Positions 32,875-43,232 of a stretch of 64,000 nt of DNA are shown in pieces. Source of the DNA: an uncultured Gemmatimonadales bacterium (GTDB taxonomy: Bacteria > Gemmatimonadota > Gemmatimonadetes > Longimicrobiales > Gaopeijiaceae); assembly GCA_963823035.1 (NCBI GenBank), contig CAWGKG010000020.1, forward strand, positions 288,001-352,000. The letters are read 5' to 3'. Within the stretch, counting starts at the first letter, position 1. Each line of letters starts with the position of its first letter. The notes beneath the pieces were generated by a model that saw only the letters and a program-made list of their open reading frames with translations, did not search any database and was not told the DNA's origin. The position numbers and the translations under genes were made by a program.

Positions 32875-34059
32875 TCAGCAGCCGCCCTTCTTCTTCGGCT
32901 TCTCGCCGCCCGCGCCCGCCATCGGCGGTGGGGCTGCGACGTCGACCGCCTGCACGGCGGCGCCGGAGAAGTACGCGGCGATCTGGCCCTGGCGCGCGGC
33001 CCACTCCCGGTCCTCCTGCGTGTCACCCGGCAGGGCCGGGGTCAGCACGCGCAGCTCCCATCCGAGGAAGCCGTCCTGCAGCCAGGTGTAGCCGACGTCA
33101 CGGCGCCAGTCCGTGGGGATCGGCATCCCCGCGCCCTGGTCGTCGACGAGGACCACGCGCCCGCCGACGGGGACCGTGGCCAGCAGCGCCTTGGCGTCGT
33201 CCTCCGTGGCGGCCGGATACGATCCGGGGATCCGCTTCTCGGCGCCGGCCGCGTCGGTGCGCAGGTCGAGGATGAGCATGCCGGGCTGCTTGCCGATGAT
33301 CGCCTCCGCCAGCGACAGCGGGGCGATCGAAGCCACCTGCACCGGTGCCGGCGTCGGCGCTCCGGGACGGTAGCCCAGCGCGACGAGCGCGACCACCGCG
33401 AAGGCGCCCACGAGCGTGAACTTCATGCGCGGACGAGGCGCCGGCGTCAGCTCCACCGCCGGGTACTTCGCCGCGAAGATCTTCTCGACCTTCTCGGCAC
33501 CCACGAAGCCTGCGCCGGCCATCGCGAGCACGATCAGCGTGAACACGAGCGGCGGGACGCCGAACACCTGGTAGAGGAGCGAGACGTCCATCGAGCCGGC
33601 CGTGTACAGCGCGTCGAGCCCGGGAACGACCTCGATCGCGACCGCGAAGGCGGCCGTGCCCACGAAGATGCCGAGGAACGTCACGAGCGCGTCCCAGCGC
33701 CCGGAGGCGGCCGACACGATCGACGTGCCCGGGCACAGGCCGCTCATGATGAAGCCCACGCCCAGCAGGAAGCCGCCCACCAGCTGCGCCCACAGGAAGG
33801 TGGGGTTGATCCACAGCCGGGACAGGTCCATCAACCCGATTCCCTGGAGCGTGTACAGGCCGACCATCGCGACCAGGATCGCCGTGAACATGACCTTGAA
33901 GACGGTCATGTCGTAGAAGTAGAACTGCGCGGCCAGCTTGCGCGCGTTGCCGAAGCCGCCCCGCTCGAGGCTGAAGCCGAAGAGGAAGCCGAGCCCGATC
34001 GCGGTGAGCAGCATCATCTCGTCGCTGGAGAAGACCAGCGGGAAGATCCCGGCGCTCAT
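32875..34059 (-). CDS. YeeE/YedE sulfur-transport domain fused to a rhodanese-like domain, ending KKKGGC
   Basis: GFLFGFSLERGGF..GGFLLGVGFIMSGLCPGTS; rhodanese-like ILDLR..RIPGS..LQDGFLGW. ATGA overlap with the upstream gene. Confidence 0.85.
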   Translation of the reverse strand: MSAGIFPLVFSSDEMMLLTAIGLGFLFGFSLERGGFGNARKLAAQFYFYDMTVFKVMFTAILVAMVGLYTLQGIGLMDLSRLWINPTFLWAQLVGGFLLGVGFIMSGLCPGTSIVSAASGRWDALVTFLGIFVGTAAFAVAIEVVPGLDALYTAGSMDVSLLYQVFGVPPLVFTLIVLAMAGAGFVGAEKVEKIFAAKYPAVELTPAPRPRMKFTLVGAFAVVALVALGYRPGAPTPAPVQVASIAPLSLAEAIIGKQPGMLILDLRTDAAGAEKRIPGSYPAATEDDAKALLATVPVGGRVVLVDDQGAGMPIPTDWRRDVGYTWLQDGFLGWELRVLTPALPGDTQEDREWAARQGQIAAYFSGAAVQAVDVAAPPPMAGAGGEKPKKKGGC

Positions 34060-34592
34060 GTCCACTGCCTCCTCACGAAGTACGCGACGGCATAGCCTCC
34101 GGCGAAGACCATCAGCATGAAGACCCAGCTACCGGTGGCGAGGGTCGCGCCGCCCGACAGCGCCTGTCCGGAGGTGCACCCCCGAGCCAGCGCCGCCGCG
34201 AAGCCCATCACGACGCCCCCTCCGAAGGCGTAGGCCAGCCGCCCGCGCACGGAGATGCGTGGGCCCTTCTCCACGGTGGAACGGAAGCGCCCGGCGCTCA
34301 CCGCGCCGATGAAGCCGCCGATGAAGACGCCGACCACCTCCACCACCAGCCAGTTGCGCAGTGGGTTGGTGCCGTCCGCCAGGTAGCCGCCCAGTTCGGG
34401 GTTCGCGGCCGTCCACGCGGGCGCGAACGTCTGGCCGGTCAGCGCCAGCACCCGCTTGGGGAACGCGCTGGCGCCGAGGCCCTGGCCGGCGATCACGAAC
34501 GTCGCCAGGAGCGTCAGGCCCAGCAGGACGCCGGCCAGATAGGGGTTCCAGTAGGGCTTGGCTCCCGACTCCGGTCTCTCGCTCGTGTCCAT
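34056..34592 (-). CDS. YeeE/YedE family sulfur transporter (single-domain half)
   Basis: YWNPYLAGVLLG..GLGAS..GGVVMGFAAALARGCTSGQALSG. Confidence 0.9.
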   Translation of the reverse strand: MDTSERPESGAKPYWNPYLAGVLLGLTLLATFVIAGQGLGASAFPKRVLALTGQTFAPAWTAANPELGGYLADGTNPLRNWLVVEVVGVFIGGFIGAVSAGRFRSTVEKGPRISVRGRLAYAFGGGVVMGFAAALARGCTSGQALSGGATLATGSWVFMLMVFAGGYAVAYFVRRQWT

Positions 34593-34593
34593 G

Positions 34594-35583
34594 TCAGTTT
34601 CCCTGGAAGATTGCCACGGTCGTCTCGGTCCAGCCCACGTGCTGGCCGGCGAAGACGATGATCCACCGGAGTGCGAGCCCGCCGGCCAGCACCATGAAGG
34701 CGGCCAGACGCCCCGGGACGTGCCCTCCCCGCCGCTCCATCCATTCGGCCAACAGCGGAGCCGTCAGCCCGAAGCCCATCACCAGCAGCCAGAACGCCGT
34801 CGTGTACGGCCCGCCCAGCACGGTGTGCGCGGCCGCGCGCGTCGCGATCCCCCCCGAGCCGAGGCCCACGAGCCAGACCGCGATGAGCGCCATCTCGGCC
34901 AGGATGAGCCCCATGTCGACGCGGGCCAGGCGGATCCGCTCCCCGTCGCTCAGGCGGTACATCAGCATGTAGGCCGCACCGGTCGAGAGGCCGGAGGTCA
35001 GGAACAGCGGCCCGAGGATCGCCGAGTTCCAGAGCGGGCGGGACGCCATCGTGCCGAGCAGCATCCCCGTGTAGACGCCAAGCCCCGCGCCGGCGACGAC
35101 GTTCGTCATCCCGACCGCGGAGGTGTGTGCGTCCACCCAGCCGCCCGCGGCTCGCAGCGCCCGGCCGCCCGCCGCGAAGTGCGTGTCCAGCCAGCCGAGG
35201 ACGCCTTCGCGTGTCCCGGTGGGCGTCGTCCGCCACGCAAGGGCGAGCGACGCCGGATAGATCGCCAGCAGGATCCACGCGCCCCAGGACATCGGGGAGG
35301 TGGGTCGGAAGACCAGGTAGAACCGGAAGGCGTTGAAGCGGTTCTCGAGGTCCAGCCAGAGGAAGAGCATGCCCAGCGACAGCAGGATCGGGATGCTCCA
35401 CGGAAGGAGGCCCAGGTGCGTCGAGCGCGGCCGCTCCTCCCGCTGCAGGAGGAAGAGGCCCATGAGGACCATCACGCCCGCGACCACGCCTCCGAGGAAG
35501 AGGTAGGCCGCGACCTCGCCGTGCCAGATGTGCAGCGCCGGGTCCACCAGCGCGTTCGTCCGGGTTGTCGTGATCTCTTGCAT
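34594..35583 (-). CDS. psrC: NrfD/PsrC family membrane anchor subunit
   Basis: WHGEVAAYLFLGG, LWLDLE, TSPMSWGAWIL, YTGMLL..RPLWNS..LFLTSGLSTG, LRWIIVFAGQ. Confidence 0.85.
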   Translation of the reverse strand: MQEITTTRTNALVDPALHIWHGEVAAYLFLGGVVAGVMVLMGLFLLQREERPRSTHLGLLPWSIPILLSLGMLFLWLDLENRFNAFRFYLVFRPTSPMSWGAWILLAIYPASLALAWRTTPTGTREGVLGWLDTHFAAGGRALRAAGGWVDAHTSAVGMTNVVAGAGLGVYTGMLLGTMASRPLWNSAILGPLFLTSGLSTGAAYMLMYRLSDGERIRLARVDMGLILAEMALIAVWLVGLGSGGIATRAAAHTVLGGPYTTAFWLLVMGFGLTAPLLAEWMERRGGHVPGRLAAFMVLAGGLALRWIIVFAGQHVGWTETTVAIFQGN

Positions 35584-35588
35584 GACGG

Positions 35589-36137
35589 TCACCCGAGGAA
35601 GTAGTGCCGGGGCGTGGTGCCCGCTTCCGGCAGCAGGGTGTAGTGCTCGCGGTTGCGCAGGATCCGGGCGATGTCCGAGTCGGGGTCGTTCAGGTCCCCG
35701 AAGTGGATGCTCTCCGTGGGGCAGACCTGCTGACACGCGGTGGTCGGGATGCCGTTCTCCACGCGGTGCACGCAGAACGTGCACTTGTCCACGGTGCCGG
35801 TACGCGGATCCACGAAGCGCGCGTCGTACGGGCAAGCCGCGATGCACGCCTTGCAGCCCGTGCACTTGTCGGAGTCGACGAGGACGATGCCCCCCGGCCC
35901 CACGTACGAGGCGCCGGTCGGGCAGACGGCCACACAGGGTGCGTCGTCGCAGTGGTTGCAGCGCTCCGACCGGATCTCGAGCTCGAGGTTCGGGAAGGTC
36001 CCGGTCGCGATGTCGGTGATCCAGTTGCGCGAGTACCCGTCCGGCAGGTCGTTCTCGGTCTTGCAGGCGATGACGCACGCCGTGCATCCGACGCAGGTGC
36101 GGGTGTCGACGGCCATCGCGTAGCGCTTGGCGCTCAT
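35589..36137 (-). CDS. psrB: 4x[4Fe-4S] electron-transfer subunit (PsrB/NrfC family)
   Basis: CVGCTACVIAC, CNHCDDAPCVAVCP, CTGCKACIAACP, KCTFC..CQQVCP. Confidence 0.88.
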   Translation of the reverse strand: MSAKRYAMAVDTRTCVGCTACVIACKTENDLPDGYSRNWITDIATGTFPNLELEIRSERCNHCDDAPCVAVCPTGASYVGPGGIVLVDSDKCTGCKACIAACPYDARFVDPRTGTVDKCTFCVHRVENGIPTTACQQVCPTESIHFGDLNDPDSDIARILRNREHYTLLPEAGTTPRHYFLG

Positions 36138-38420
36138 GAGACCACCTCCTCCGCCACCGCTTCGTCCCAGGTGTCGGCGTCGGTCTCGGCCGCGGCGGCT
36201 GCTGCGGCGTCCGGCCTCACGAACGTCACGAAGTTCACGTTCATCCCCGTGCCGCCCATGATCGGGTCGACCTTGATGCGCGTGACCAGCTCACTGTCGT
36301 TGAGCCCGCGGCCGTAGGCCCGGCCCAGCTTCCTGGTGTCGTGCCCGAAGCCGTGCACGGTGTAGACGCAGTCGGGGCGGATGCGCTCGGTGACCTTCAC
36401 CGGCGCGCTGAAGGTCGAGGTCACGTCGTCCTGGTTCTTCAGGTGGATGCGCTCGCCGTCCTTCAGCCCCCAGGCCTTGGCGACCTCCGTGTTCACCCAG
36501 ATCGAGTTCTCGGGGCCCGGTCTCGAGGAGGAGCTTGTTGTTCGTCGTGCGCCCGAAGGTGTGCATCGGCATGCGGCCGAAGAGGAGGCGGTAGTAGCCC
36601 GGAGGTGGCTCGTCCACGTCCTCCGCGTGCCAGGTGGGCATGGCGTCGAAGCCCGCGGCGGCGAGCTTCTGCGAGTAGAGCTCGATCTTCCCGGAGTCCG
36701 TCCAGAACGTCGGAACGGCGCCTTCCTCGAAGTAGATCGGCTTGCGCTCGCCCAGCACGACGCCCTCGCGCTGCAGCGTCGCGCAGTCGATGCCGAGCGG
36801 CTTCAGGCGGGCCTCCGCGTACTCCTCCGCGTCCTTCCACGGGAAGAAGTTGGGGAGGCCCAGCCGCAGGCCCAGCTCGCGGGCGATCCACCACCCGGGC
36901 TTGCTCTCGTACATCGGCGGCACCACTTCCTGGCGCACCGTCACGTACGGCTCGCGGTACGACGGGGCGAACGGTTCGTCGCACCGTTCGAGGTAGGTCG
37001 CCTCGGGGAGCACGACGTCCGCCCATCCGGTGATCTCGGCCGGCAGCACGTCCACGGCCACCAGGAAGTCGAGCGCCTGGATGGCCTCGTACGTCTTCTG
37101 CGGCTCGGGCAGGCTGGAGGGGAGGTTCGATCCGTAGACCATCCACGCCCGGATATCGGCCACGCCGCGCACGCCGGGGATCGTGGCGTCGCACACGCCC
37201 TGCGCCAGCACCTCGTCCGCGAGCGGGTAGGCGCTCGGGTTGGGCTTGTCGGCCGGCGTGTGTCCCTCGTCGTCGAAGGCCGGGTACTCGTAGGGAGGGA
37301 TGCTCACCGCGTTGGGCACGTAGAAGCCGCCTTTTCGGCCCCAGGAGCCGAGCAGCGCGTTCACGATCGCGATCGCGCGCATGCGCTGCGTGTCGTTGCC
37401 GTACCAGGTGACGTGCCGTCCGGGGTGGATCAGCGTCGCCGGGCGGGCCGCGCCCATCATGCGTGCCGTGTGCCGGATCAGCTCGGGCTCGATGCCGGTG
37501 CGCGGGTAGGCCCACTCGGGCGTGTACGGCTTCACGTGGTCGCGGAGCTGCTCGAAACCGTAGGCGTATGCCTCGAGGTACTCGCGGTCGTACAGCTCCT
37601 CGGAAATGATGACGTTCATCCACGCCAGCAGGATCGCGAGGTCCGACCCCGGCTTCACCGGGAGCCAATGCGTCGCCTTGGAGGCCGCCACGCTCTGGCG
37701 CGGGTCGAGCACGATCAGGTCCGCGTCGTTCCTGAGCGCGTGCGCGAAGTCCTGCACCTGCGTGTTGTGCATGTTCTCGCCCAGGTGCGAGCCGATCAGC
37801 ACGAGGCACTTCGTCTCGCGGATGTCGGTGCGCTCGGGCGAGCCGACGCCGGAGCCGAAGGTGAGGTCGAAGCCGACGTCACGCGGTCCGCGGCACTGCG
37901 CGTAGGACGGCGCCGCGATGTTGGGGCTGCCCCAGGCGCGGATCAGGTGGTTCATCCAGCTGCCGCCGTACCCGTGGGAGAAGAGCGCCACGGCCTCGGG
38001 GCCGTACTCGGCCTTGATCTTCAGGAAGTTCTCGGCCACGACGTCGAGGGCGTCGTCCCAGCTCACCGCCCGGAACTCCTGGCTTCCACGCTTGTCGACG
38101 CGCAGCAGCGGGGTCTTCAGGCGGTCCGGGTCGTAGAGCAGGCCGGTGCCGCCCGTGCCGCGTGGACAAAGGTGGCCGCGCGAGAGCGGGTCCTTCGGGT
38201 TGCCCTGGAGCTTCGTGACCCGCCCGTCCTTCACGTGGGCGAGCACGCCGCACTTCCAGAAGCACAGCTCGCAGAAGGTGGGAACGACCCGATCGCCGTC
38301 GGTGAGCGGGTTCGGGAGCTGGCTACCGTAGAGCTTGAACCAGTCCGTCGTGACGCCGCCCAGAAGGGCTGCGCCGCCGAGCCCGTACGACGAGATCCTG
38401 ATGAACTCGCGCCGTCTCAT
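36134..38420 (-). CDS. psrA: Tat-exported molybdopterin oxidoreductase, polysulfide/thiosulfate reductase (PsrA/PhsA) clade; frameshift near 36510
   Basis: MRRREF Tat motif, CELCFWKC..LCPRG FS0 site, AAPSYAQCRGPR Cys-ligand region, GENMHNTQ, HPGRH. C-terminal domain is in ORF 36134-36496. Confidence 0.8.
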
Positions 38421-38459
38421 GCTCGCTCCTCTGTGCCCCCGGCCGCGCGGAGGACGTGT

Positions 38460-38823
38460 CTACGAGGAGGACCCGACTGCGAACGGATCGGCGCCTGCGC
38501 CCTCGCTCCCATGGACCCAGTCGCACACGGTGTCCAGGAGGTGGAGCGCCACCAGGGTGCCCAGGCGGAGGTGGACCTCCGCGCCTTCCCGCTCGGCGGC
38601 CACGAGCCCTGCGCCGCGCAGGGCTGCGATGTGCCGGGCCGCGGTGGACTGCGGCCAGCCGAATTCCTCCATCAGCTCCTTCTGCGTGGTGACGCGTCCG
38701 TCCCCGAGGGCACAGGCCAGTCGGAGCCGATCAGGATGCGAGAGCACCTTGAAGAGATCGATGGCCCGCCGCATCTCCTCGGGGGAGGCTTCGCGCTGCC
38801 GCTCCAGAGGGGGTCTGGGTCAT
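38460..38823 (-). CDS. ArsR/SmtB family repressor, BigR/SqrR-like with two Cys (homopolymer frameshift near 38783)
   Basis: FKVLSHPDRLRLAC..QSTAARHIAALR..GLV..REG..LLDTVCDW. Removing one base from the G5 run joins it to the ATG at 38823. Confidence 0.85.
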
Positions 38824-38833
38824 CTCCGTCTAT

Positions 38834-38865
38834 CTCCGAAAACCCGAATATCCGGTTTATTGGAT
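38834..38865. promoter_or_regulatory. tandem operator-like boxes upstream of the ArsR gene
   Basis: CTCC-N8-GAAT directly followed by ATCC-N8-GGAT in an AT-rich patch. Confidence 0.6.
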
Positions 38866-39012
38866 GTCTCTGAACACACCACACACGCCACTTGCCATCG
38901 TTAGCATGTGAAGAATGGTGCGAGTCAGGATGCGAGTCTGACGGGGAACCTCAGACGGCGCTTGTAGGGGATTCCCCCACGGACCCGAGGACGGGCGTAC
39001 GGGCTCGCCGGA

Positions 39013-40965
39013 TCACCAGCCGCCGCCGCCTCCTCCGCCCCCACCGCCCCCGGACGAACCCCCTCCACCGCCCCCGCCGCCGGACGAGGAAGGGGGGCTC
39101 GAGGCCGCCGAGAGCGAGCCGGAGAAGGCACTGCCCAGTGACGAGGCCATCCCCGACAGATCGGAGGTGGAGCCGCCGGAGTACCACGCCGGGGAGGCCA
39201 CGGTGGCCCCCCCCGCCGCCTCCGGCACCAGGACGCCACGGAACCGCTCCGCCCACCGGTTCTCGACGCCGAGTGCGATCGCGAAGGGGAGAAAGCGCTC
39301 GAAGACCTCCGGGGTTCGGTCGGGAGGGTTCATCCGGTCGAGGCGGTCGGCCTCGGTGGCCGTGAGGAAGGTCTCGAACCCGTCGAGCTCGTTCAGCACG
39401 CCGCGGCCGCGGAGCGTGGGGCGCTCGAGGAGGTGGTAGAAGAGGATGTTGAGGAGGCCGAGCACGGCAGCGGCGGCCAGGAGGTGGTGTGGAACGCTCA
39501 GCGCGAAGAGCGCGCCCACGACGATCTCGGCGCCGACGAAGGGGATGGAGAACAAGGACAGCACCACGGCCTCGGCCCACGACCCGATGCCGCCGCCGCC
39601 CAGGGCCGACCGCCACGCCCGATAGACCCGCGTGACCAGCGTCCCGACGCCCAGCGTCCAAAACGACAGCCAGAGGCACATGAACCAAGCCTCCGGCGGG
39701 ATGCCGTACCGATCGCGCCAGGCGAGCACGCCGAGGCCCGCGAGACTCGCCACGGCCCCGGCGGCGAACCACCGGCGGTTGAGCATGAAGTACTGTCGCT
39801 CGAGGCGGCGGGAGAGCGTGCGCCGCAGCGTCTTCACCGCGCCGCGCAGGCGGGCGTGGTACTTCCGGTCGAGGGTGAGGCGGCGCTGCCCGGTGAGGAG
39901 GTCCTTGGACAGTTGGCGCTCCTCCGGCGCGAGGATGGCGTCGGTGTCGTCCAGGCGCTCGAGCGTCCACTTGCGGCCGTCCCGCTCGATGCGCAGTGCG
40001 CCCTTCACGGCGGCGCTCACGAGGGCGGAGGCGAGCAGCGCATCCGACCATCCGCGCCGCGCCAGATAGCCCAGCGCCGCCGGGGAGAACCCTTCCGGCG
40101 GCTCGTAGCGCACGACCACCGGGTCGGGCGCGGGGTCCCGCCCGACGCGTGACCACATGAGGAGGTAGAGAGAGAGCACGAGCCCCGCCACCGTCGCCGC
40201 GTCGATCCAGCCGCCCCAGTCCTGGCGGAACCAGGCCTTCTGCACCTCGGCGGACGGCGGCGCGACGACGTCCTTCGGGAAGGTGAGACGCACGGTCAGG
40301 CCCTCGCGCGGCCCGAGCGGAGCCGTGCTCTCGAAGGACGCCACACCCGTGGCCTCGTCCCACGCGGTGCTCGCCGCGGACGCGGTGGAGCCCTCCGGGC
40401 CGGTCCAGGCTTCCATCCGCAGGTCGGCCGGATCGGGCGGCTCGGGTAGCGACAGGCGTGCCGACGCGTGCAAGATCGGGAAGTCCCATCCGTTTCCGGT
40501 CACGTTCCAGTAGAGCTGATCCTCGGTGTCGCCGAACGAGACCCACCGCGACGTCTCGTACCGGATCGCGTAGCGGTGCACGCCGTGCTCGAGCATCACG
40601 TCGGCGTCGCCGATGCGCACGCGCACCCCACCCCGGCCGAAGGGCCCGCCGATGCTCTCCAGCCGGTACGGCTCCGGGCTTCCGTCGCGAAGCACCTCGA
40701 GGACCTCGAAGGGTGCCTCGATGCGCCCCAGCCCGGCGGATCGCGGAAAGCTGGTGGGGAAGTCGCGGTAGATGCCGCGGCGGATATCGTTGCCCAGAGC
40801 CCGGACAGCGATCTCCTCCGTGACTTCCATGGCACCGCCGTCCCGCACGACGATGGCGACGTCGTAGGAGAGGATCTCCTCCCGCTCCTGGGCGGCGCCC
40901 GGTGCGGCGGAGAGGAGTAGCGCCCCGACGAGGAGGAGCGCCCGACGAAGATCGACGGGGGTCAC
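39013..40965 (-). CDS. DUF2207 family membrane protein
   Basis: VTEEI..RGIYRDFP, DQLYWNVTGNGWDFPI, FERFLPFAIALGVE..W and a Gly-rich GGGGGW tail. Confidence 0.9.
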   Translation of the reverse strand: MTPVDLRRALLLVGALLLSAAPGAAQEREEILSYDVAIVVRDGGAMEVTEEIAVRALGNDIRRGIYRDFPTSFPRSAGLGRIEAPFEVLEVLRDGSPEPYRLESIGGPFGRGGVRVRIGDADVMLEHGVHRYAIRYETSRWVSFGDTEDQLYWNVTGNGWDFPILHASARLSLPEPPDPADLRMEAWTGPEGSTASAASTAWDEATGVASFESTAPLGPREGLTVRLTFPKDVVAPPSAEVQKAWFRQDWGGWIDAATVAGLVLSLYLLMWSRVGRDPAPDPVVVRYEPPEGFSPAALGYLARRGWSDALLASALVSAAVKGALRIERDGRKWTLERLDDTDAILAPEERQLSKDLLTGQRRLTLDRKYHARLRGAVKTLRRTLSRRLERQYFMLNRRWFAAGAVASLAGLGVLAWRDRYGIPPEAWFMCLWLSFWTLGVGTLVTRVYRAWRSALGGGGIGSWAEAVVLSLFSIPFVGAEIVVGALFALSVPHHLLAAAAVLGLLNILFYHLLERPTLRGRGVLNELDGFETFLTATEADRLDRMNPPDRTPEVFERFLPFAIALGVENRWAERFRGVLVPEAAGGATVASPAWYSGGSTSDLSGMASSLGSAFSGSLSAASSPPSSSGGGGGGGGSSGGGGGGGGGGGW

Positions 40966-41040
40966 CTTCCCACGATGCGCCGGACGCCGGCGCGTCCGCA
41001 ATCGTGGCATGCCGCGCGTGCGCTTGGTCCCGGCGCCGCC

Positions 41041-41721
41041 CTAGCCCTCCGTCCTCCGGAAGACGGCGTAGCCGTTCCGCAGCATCCACGAGCGATCCAC
41101 GAGCTCGTAGGCGGGGTCGCGCCGCAGACGCACGTAGTTCCCGTGGTTCTTCATGGCGCGGATGTCGTCGAGAATGAGCCAACGCGCCCCGTAGAGATCG
41201 TCGAGCAGTGCGGCACCGGTGAACTCCGACCCGTCGATGAGGGCGGCGTCGAAGCGGTCGATGCCGTAGTGGTCCGCGATGTCGCGCACACCGTCCGTGC
41301 CGGCGCCGGAAGCCCTCACGTACTCGCGGTCCTCCTCGAGCCAGCGACGGTAGGTCTTCCGGCTCCGACGGCGCAGCCAGGGCTTGAAGCCGGAGCAGAA
41401 GCGGTCGATGTCCTCGTGCGTCGCGAAGCGCTCCAGACGCACCGACGACACGCGGTGGCAGTGCACGAAGTCGCGCGCGCCGTGCCGTGCCTCGAGCAGG
41501 GCGAAGCGCTCACGCGACAGCTCGACGCAGTGGAGCGTCGGCGGGCCCGCGGGGTTCTCGAGCGCGCCGGCCACGAACGCGTCGGTGCTGCCCTCCCCGG
41601 ACGAGGAGCCGACCTCGAGGATCGTGCGCACCTCCGGGCGGGCGGCGACGCGGCGGATCGCCTCGGCAAGGCGGTCGTCGCGGATCTCCGGGGCGATGGG
41701 TCGGTCGAGCTTCGAAGGCAC
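41041..41721 (-). CDS. class I SAM-dependent methyltransferase-like protein
   Basis: TILEVGSSSGEGST, FDAALIDGSEFTG, ILDDI, RNGYAVF. Confidence 0.7.
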   Translation of the reverse strand: MPSKLDRPIAPEIRDDRLAEAIRRVAARPEVRTILEVGSSSGEGSTDAFVAGALENPAGPPTLHCVELSRERFALLEARHGARDFVHCHRVSSVRLERFATHEDIDRFCSGFKPWLRRRSRKTYRRWLEEDREYVRASGAGTDGVRDIADHYGIDRFDAALIDGSEFTGAALLDDLYGARWLILDDIRAMKNHGNYVRLRRDPAYELVDRSWMLRNGYAVFRRTEG

Positions 41722-41804
41722 GGCGTTTCCTGGTGGGTTGGGGAATCTGCACGATAGCGACGGGGGGCCGTCGCTGCACGGGGATCCGAGACCGCCGTCG
41801 GCCG

Positions 41805-43139
41805 TTACCTGTCTCGTGGGCCTGGCGCGCCGCAACAGCTCTTGAACTTCCTGCCGCTGCCGCAGGGGCACGGGTCGTTGCGCCGGGCTGCGCGCCATGG
41901 CCTCCTCGCGGTCCCGCGCCGCGATGGCCTGCATGACGTCGGCGGGCGGGCGGCCGCTCGCCAGGAGCGCCGCCATGGCCTGGAAGTGGGGCGCCGTGGT
42001 GGTGAAGAAGGCCTTGTAGCCGGCGCACAGGTAGTTGAGCCCGGGCTCTCCGTCGGGCGTCCAGGATGAAGCGGTGCTTGGGGCACTCACCGTTGCACAG
42101 GAAGCGCACCTCGCACTCCCGGCAGTACCGGGGGAGCGTGTCCTTCTTCGCCCGGCCGAAGGCGACCTGGGTGGCCTGGCCCGCGAGCTCCTCCAACGGG
42201 GTGTCCAGGATGTTGCCGAGCCTGTAGCCGGGGTAGACGTAATGGTCGCAGGAGAACAGGCCGCCGTCGTGCTCCAGGGCCAGGGCGTTGCCGCACGTCT
42301 CGGCGAAGACGCACAGGGGCGGCTCCATCCCCATCCACCCGGCCAGGGTGGCGTCGAAGAGCTGCACGAACACGCGGCCCACGTCGTTGCGCACCCACGT
42401 GTCGAACACGGCGAGCATGAAGTCTCCGAAGGCGCGGGGACCCACGCTCTCGGGGGTCACAGGTGGCGTTTCCTCCCCGGCCGCCGGTCCGGGAGGGGTG
42501 GCCAGGTCCAGGCCCAGGAGGCGCGCCTCGGCGTCGGGCTTCCGCTCGACCAGCGGGATGAACTGGAGGAAACGGGATCCGATCTCCTGGAGGAAACGGT
42601 AGACCTCCAGCGGGTGCCCGGCGTTGTCGGCGGCTCACCACGGTCAGCGTGTTGAACTCCGTGCCGTGCTTCTTCAAGCACTCCAGGCCGCGCATGACCT
42701 TCCGGAAGGAGGGATGGCCGCCCTTGTCCGGTCGGTTGGCGTCGTGGAACTCCTCGGGTCCGTCCACGCTCAGGCCGACGAGAAACCCATGGTCGGTGAG
42801 GAAGGCGCACCAGGCGTCGTCCAGGAGCGTGCCGTTGGTCTGGATCGCGTTGGAGACCCTGCGGCCGTCGGCGTACTTCCGTTGAAGGCGCACCACCTCC
42901 TGGAAGAACTCGACCCCGAGGAGGGTGGGCTCGCCCCCCTGCCAGGTGAACGTGACCTCCGGGGTCGGCTGGGATGCGATGTACTGACGGACATAGGCGT
43001 CGAGGACCGCCGGGGACATGCGGAACGCCTCGCCGGACGGGTACAGGCGCTCCTTCTCCAGGTAGTAGCAGTAGCTGCAGCCCAGGTTGCACAGGGGCCC
43101 TGTGGGCTTGGCCATGACGTGGAACGGGGACCGGCTCAT
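41805..43139 (-). CDS. anaerobic sulfatase maturase (radical SAM/SPASM) with C-terminal SEC-C motif; frameshifted
   Basis: KPTGPLCNLGCSYCYY, WQGGEPTL, QTNGTLL, CDHYVYP, CRECEVRFLCNGECPK and RNDPCPCGSGRKFKSCC. Confidence 0.92.
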
Positions 43140-43232
43140 CTCGTCGCCTTTTCCCTGGTCCGGTGGTACGTTGACGCAGGATGGTGAAGTGTGAACGGGG
43201 ATCCTCCCCCGACGACCCTACGACCTCCGACC

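Noticed and set aside
32860..32880. Selenocysteine read-through at GGC-TGA of the YeeE-rhodanese gene
   Set aside because: Only a weak 4-bp stem follows the TGA, and the strong hairpin further on looks like a terminator. No convincing SECIS, though a bSECIS search would settle it.
39013..39110. Low-complexity GC repeat
   Set aside because: It encodes the normal Gly/Ser-rich tail of DUF2207 proteins.
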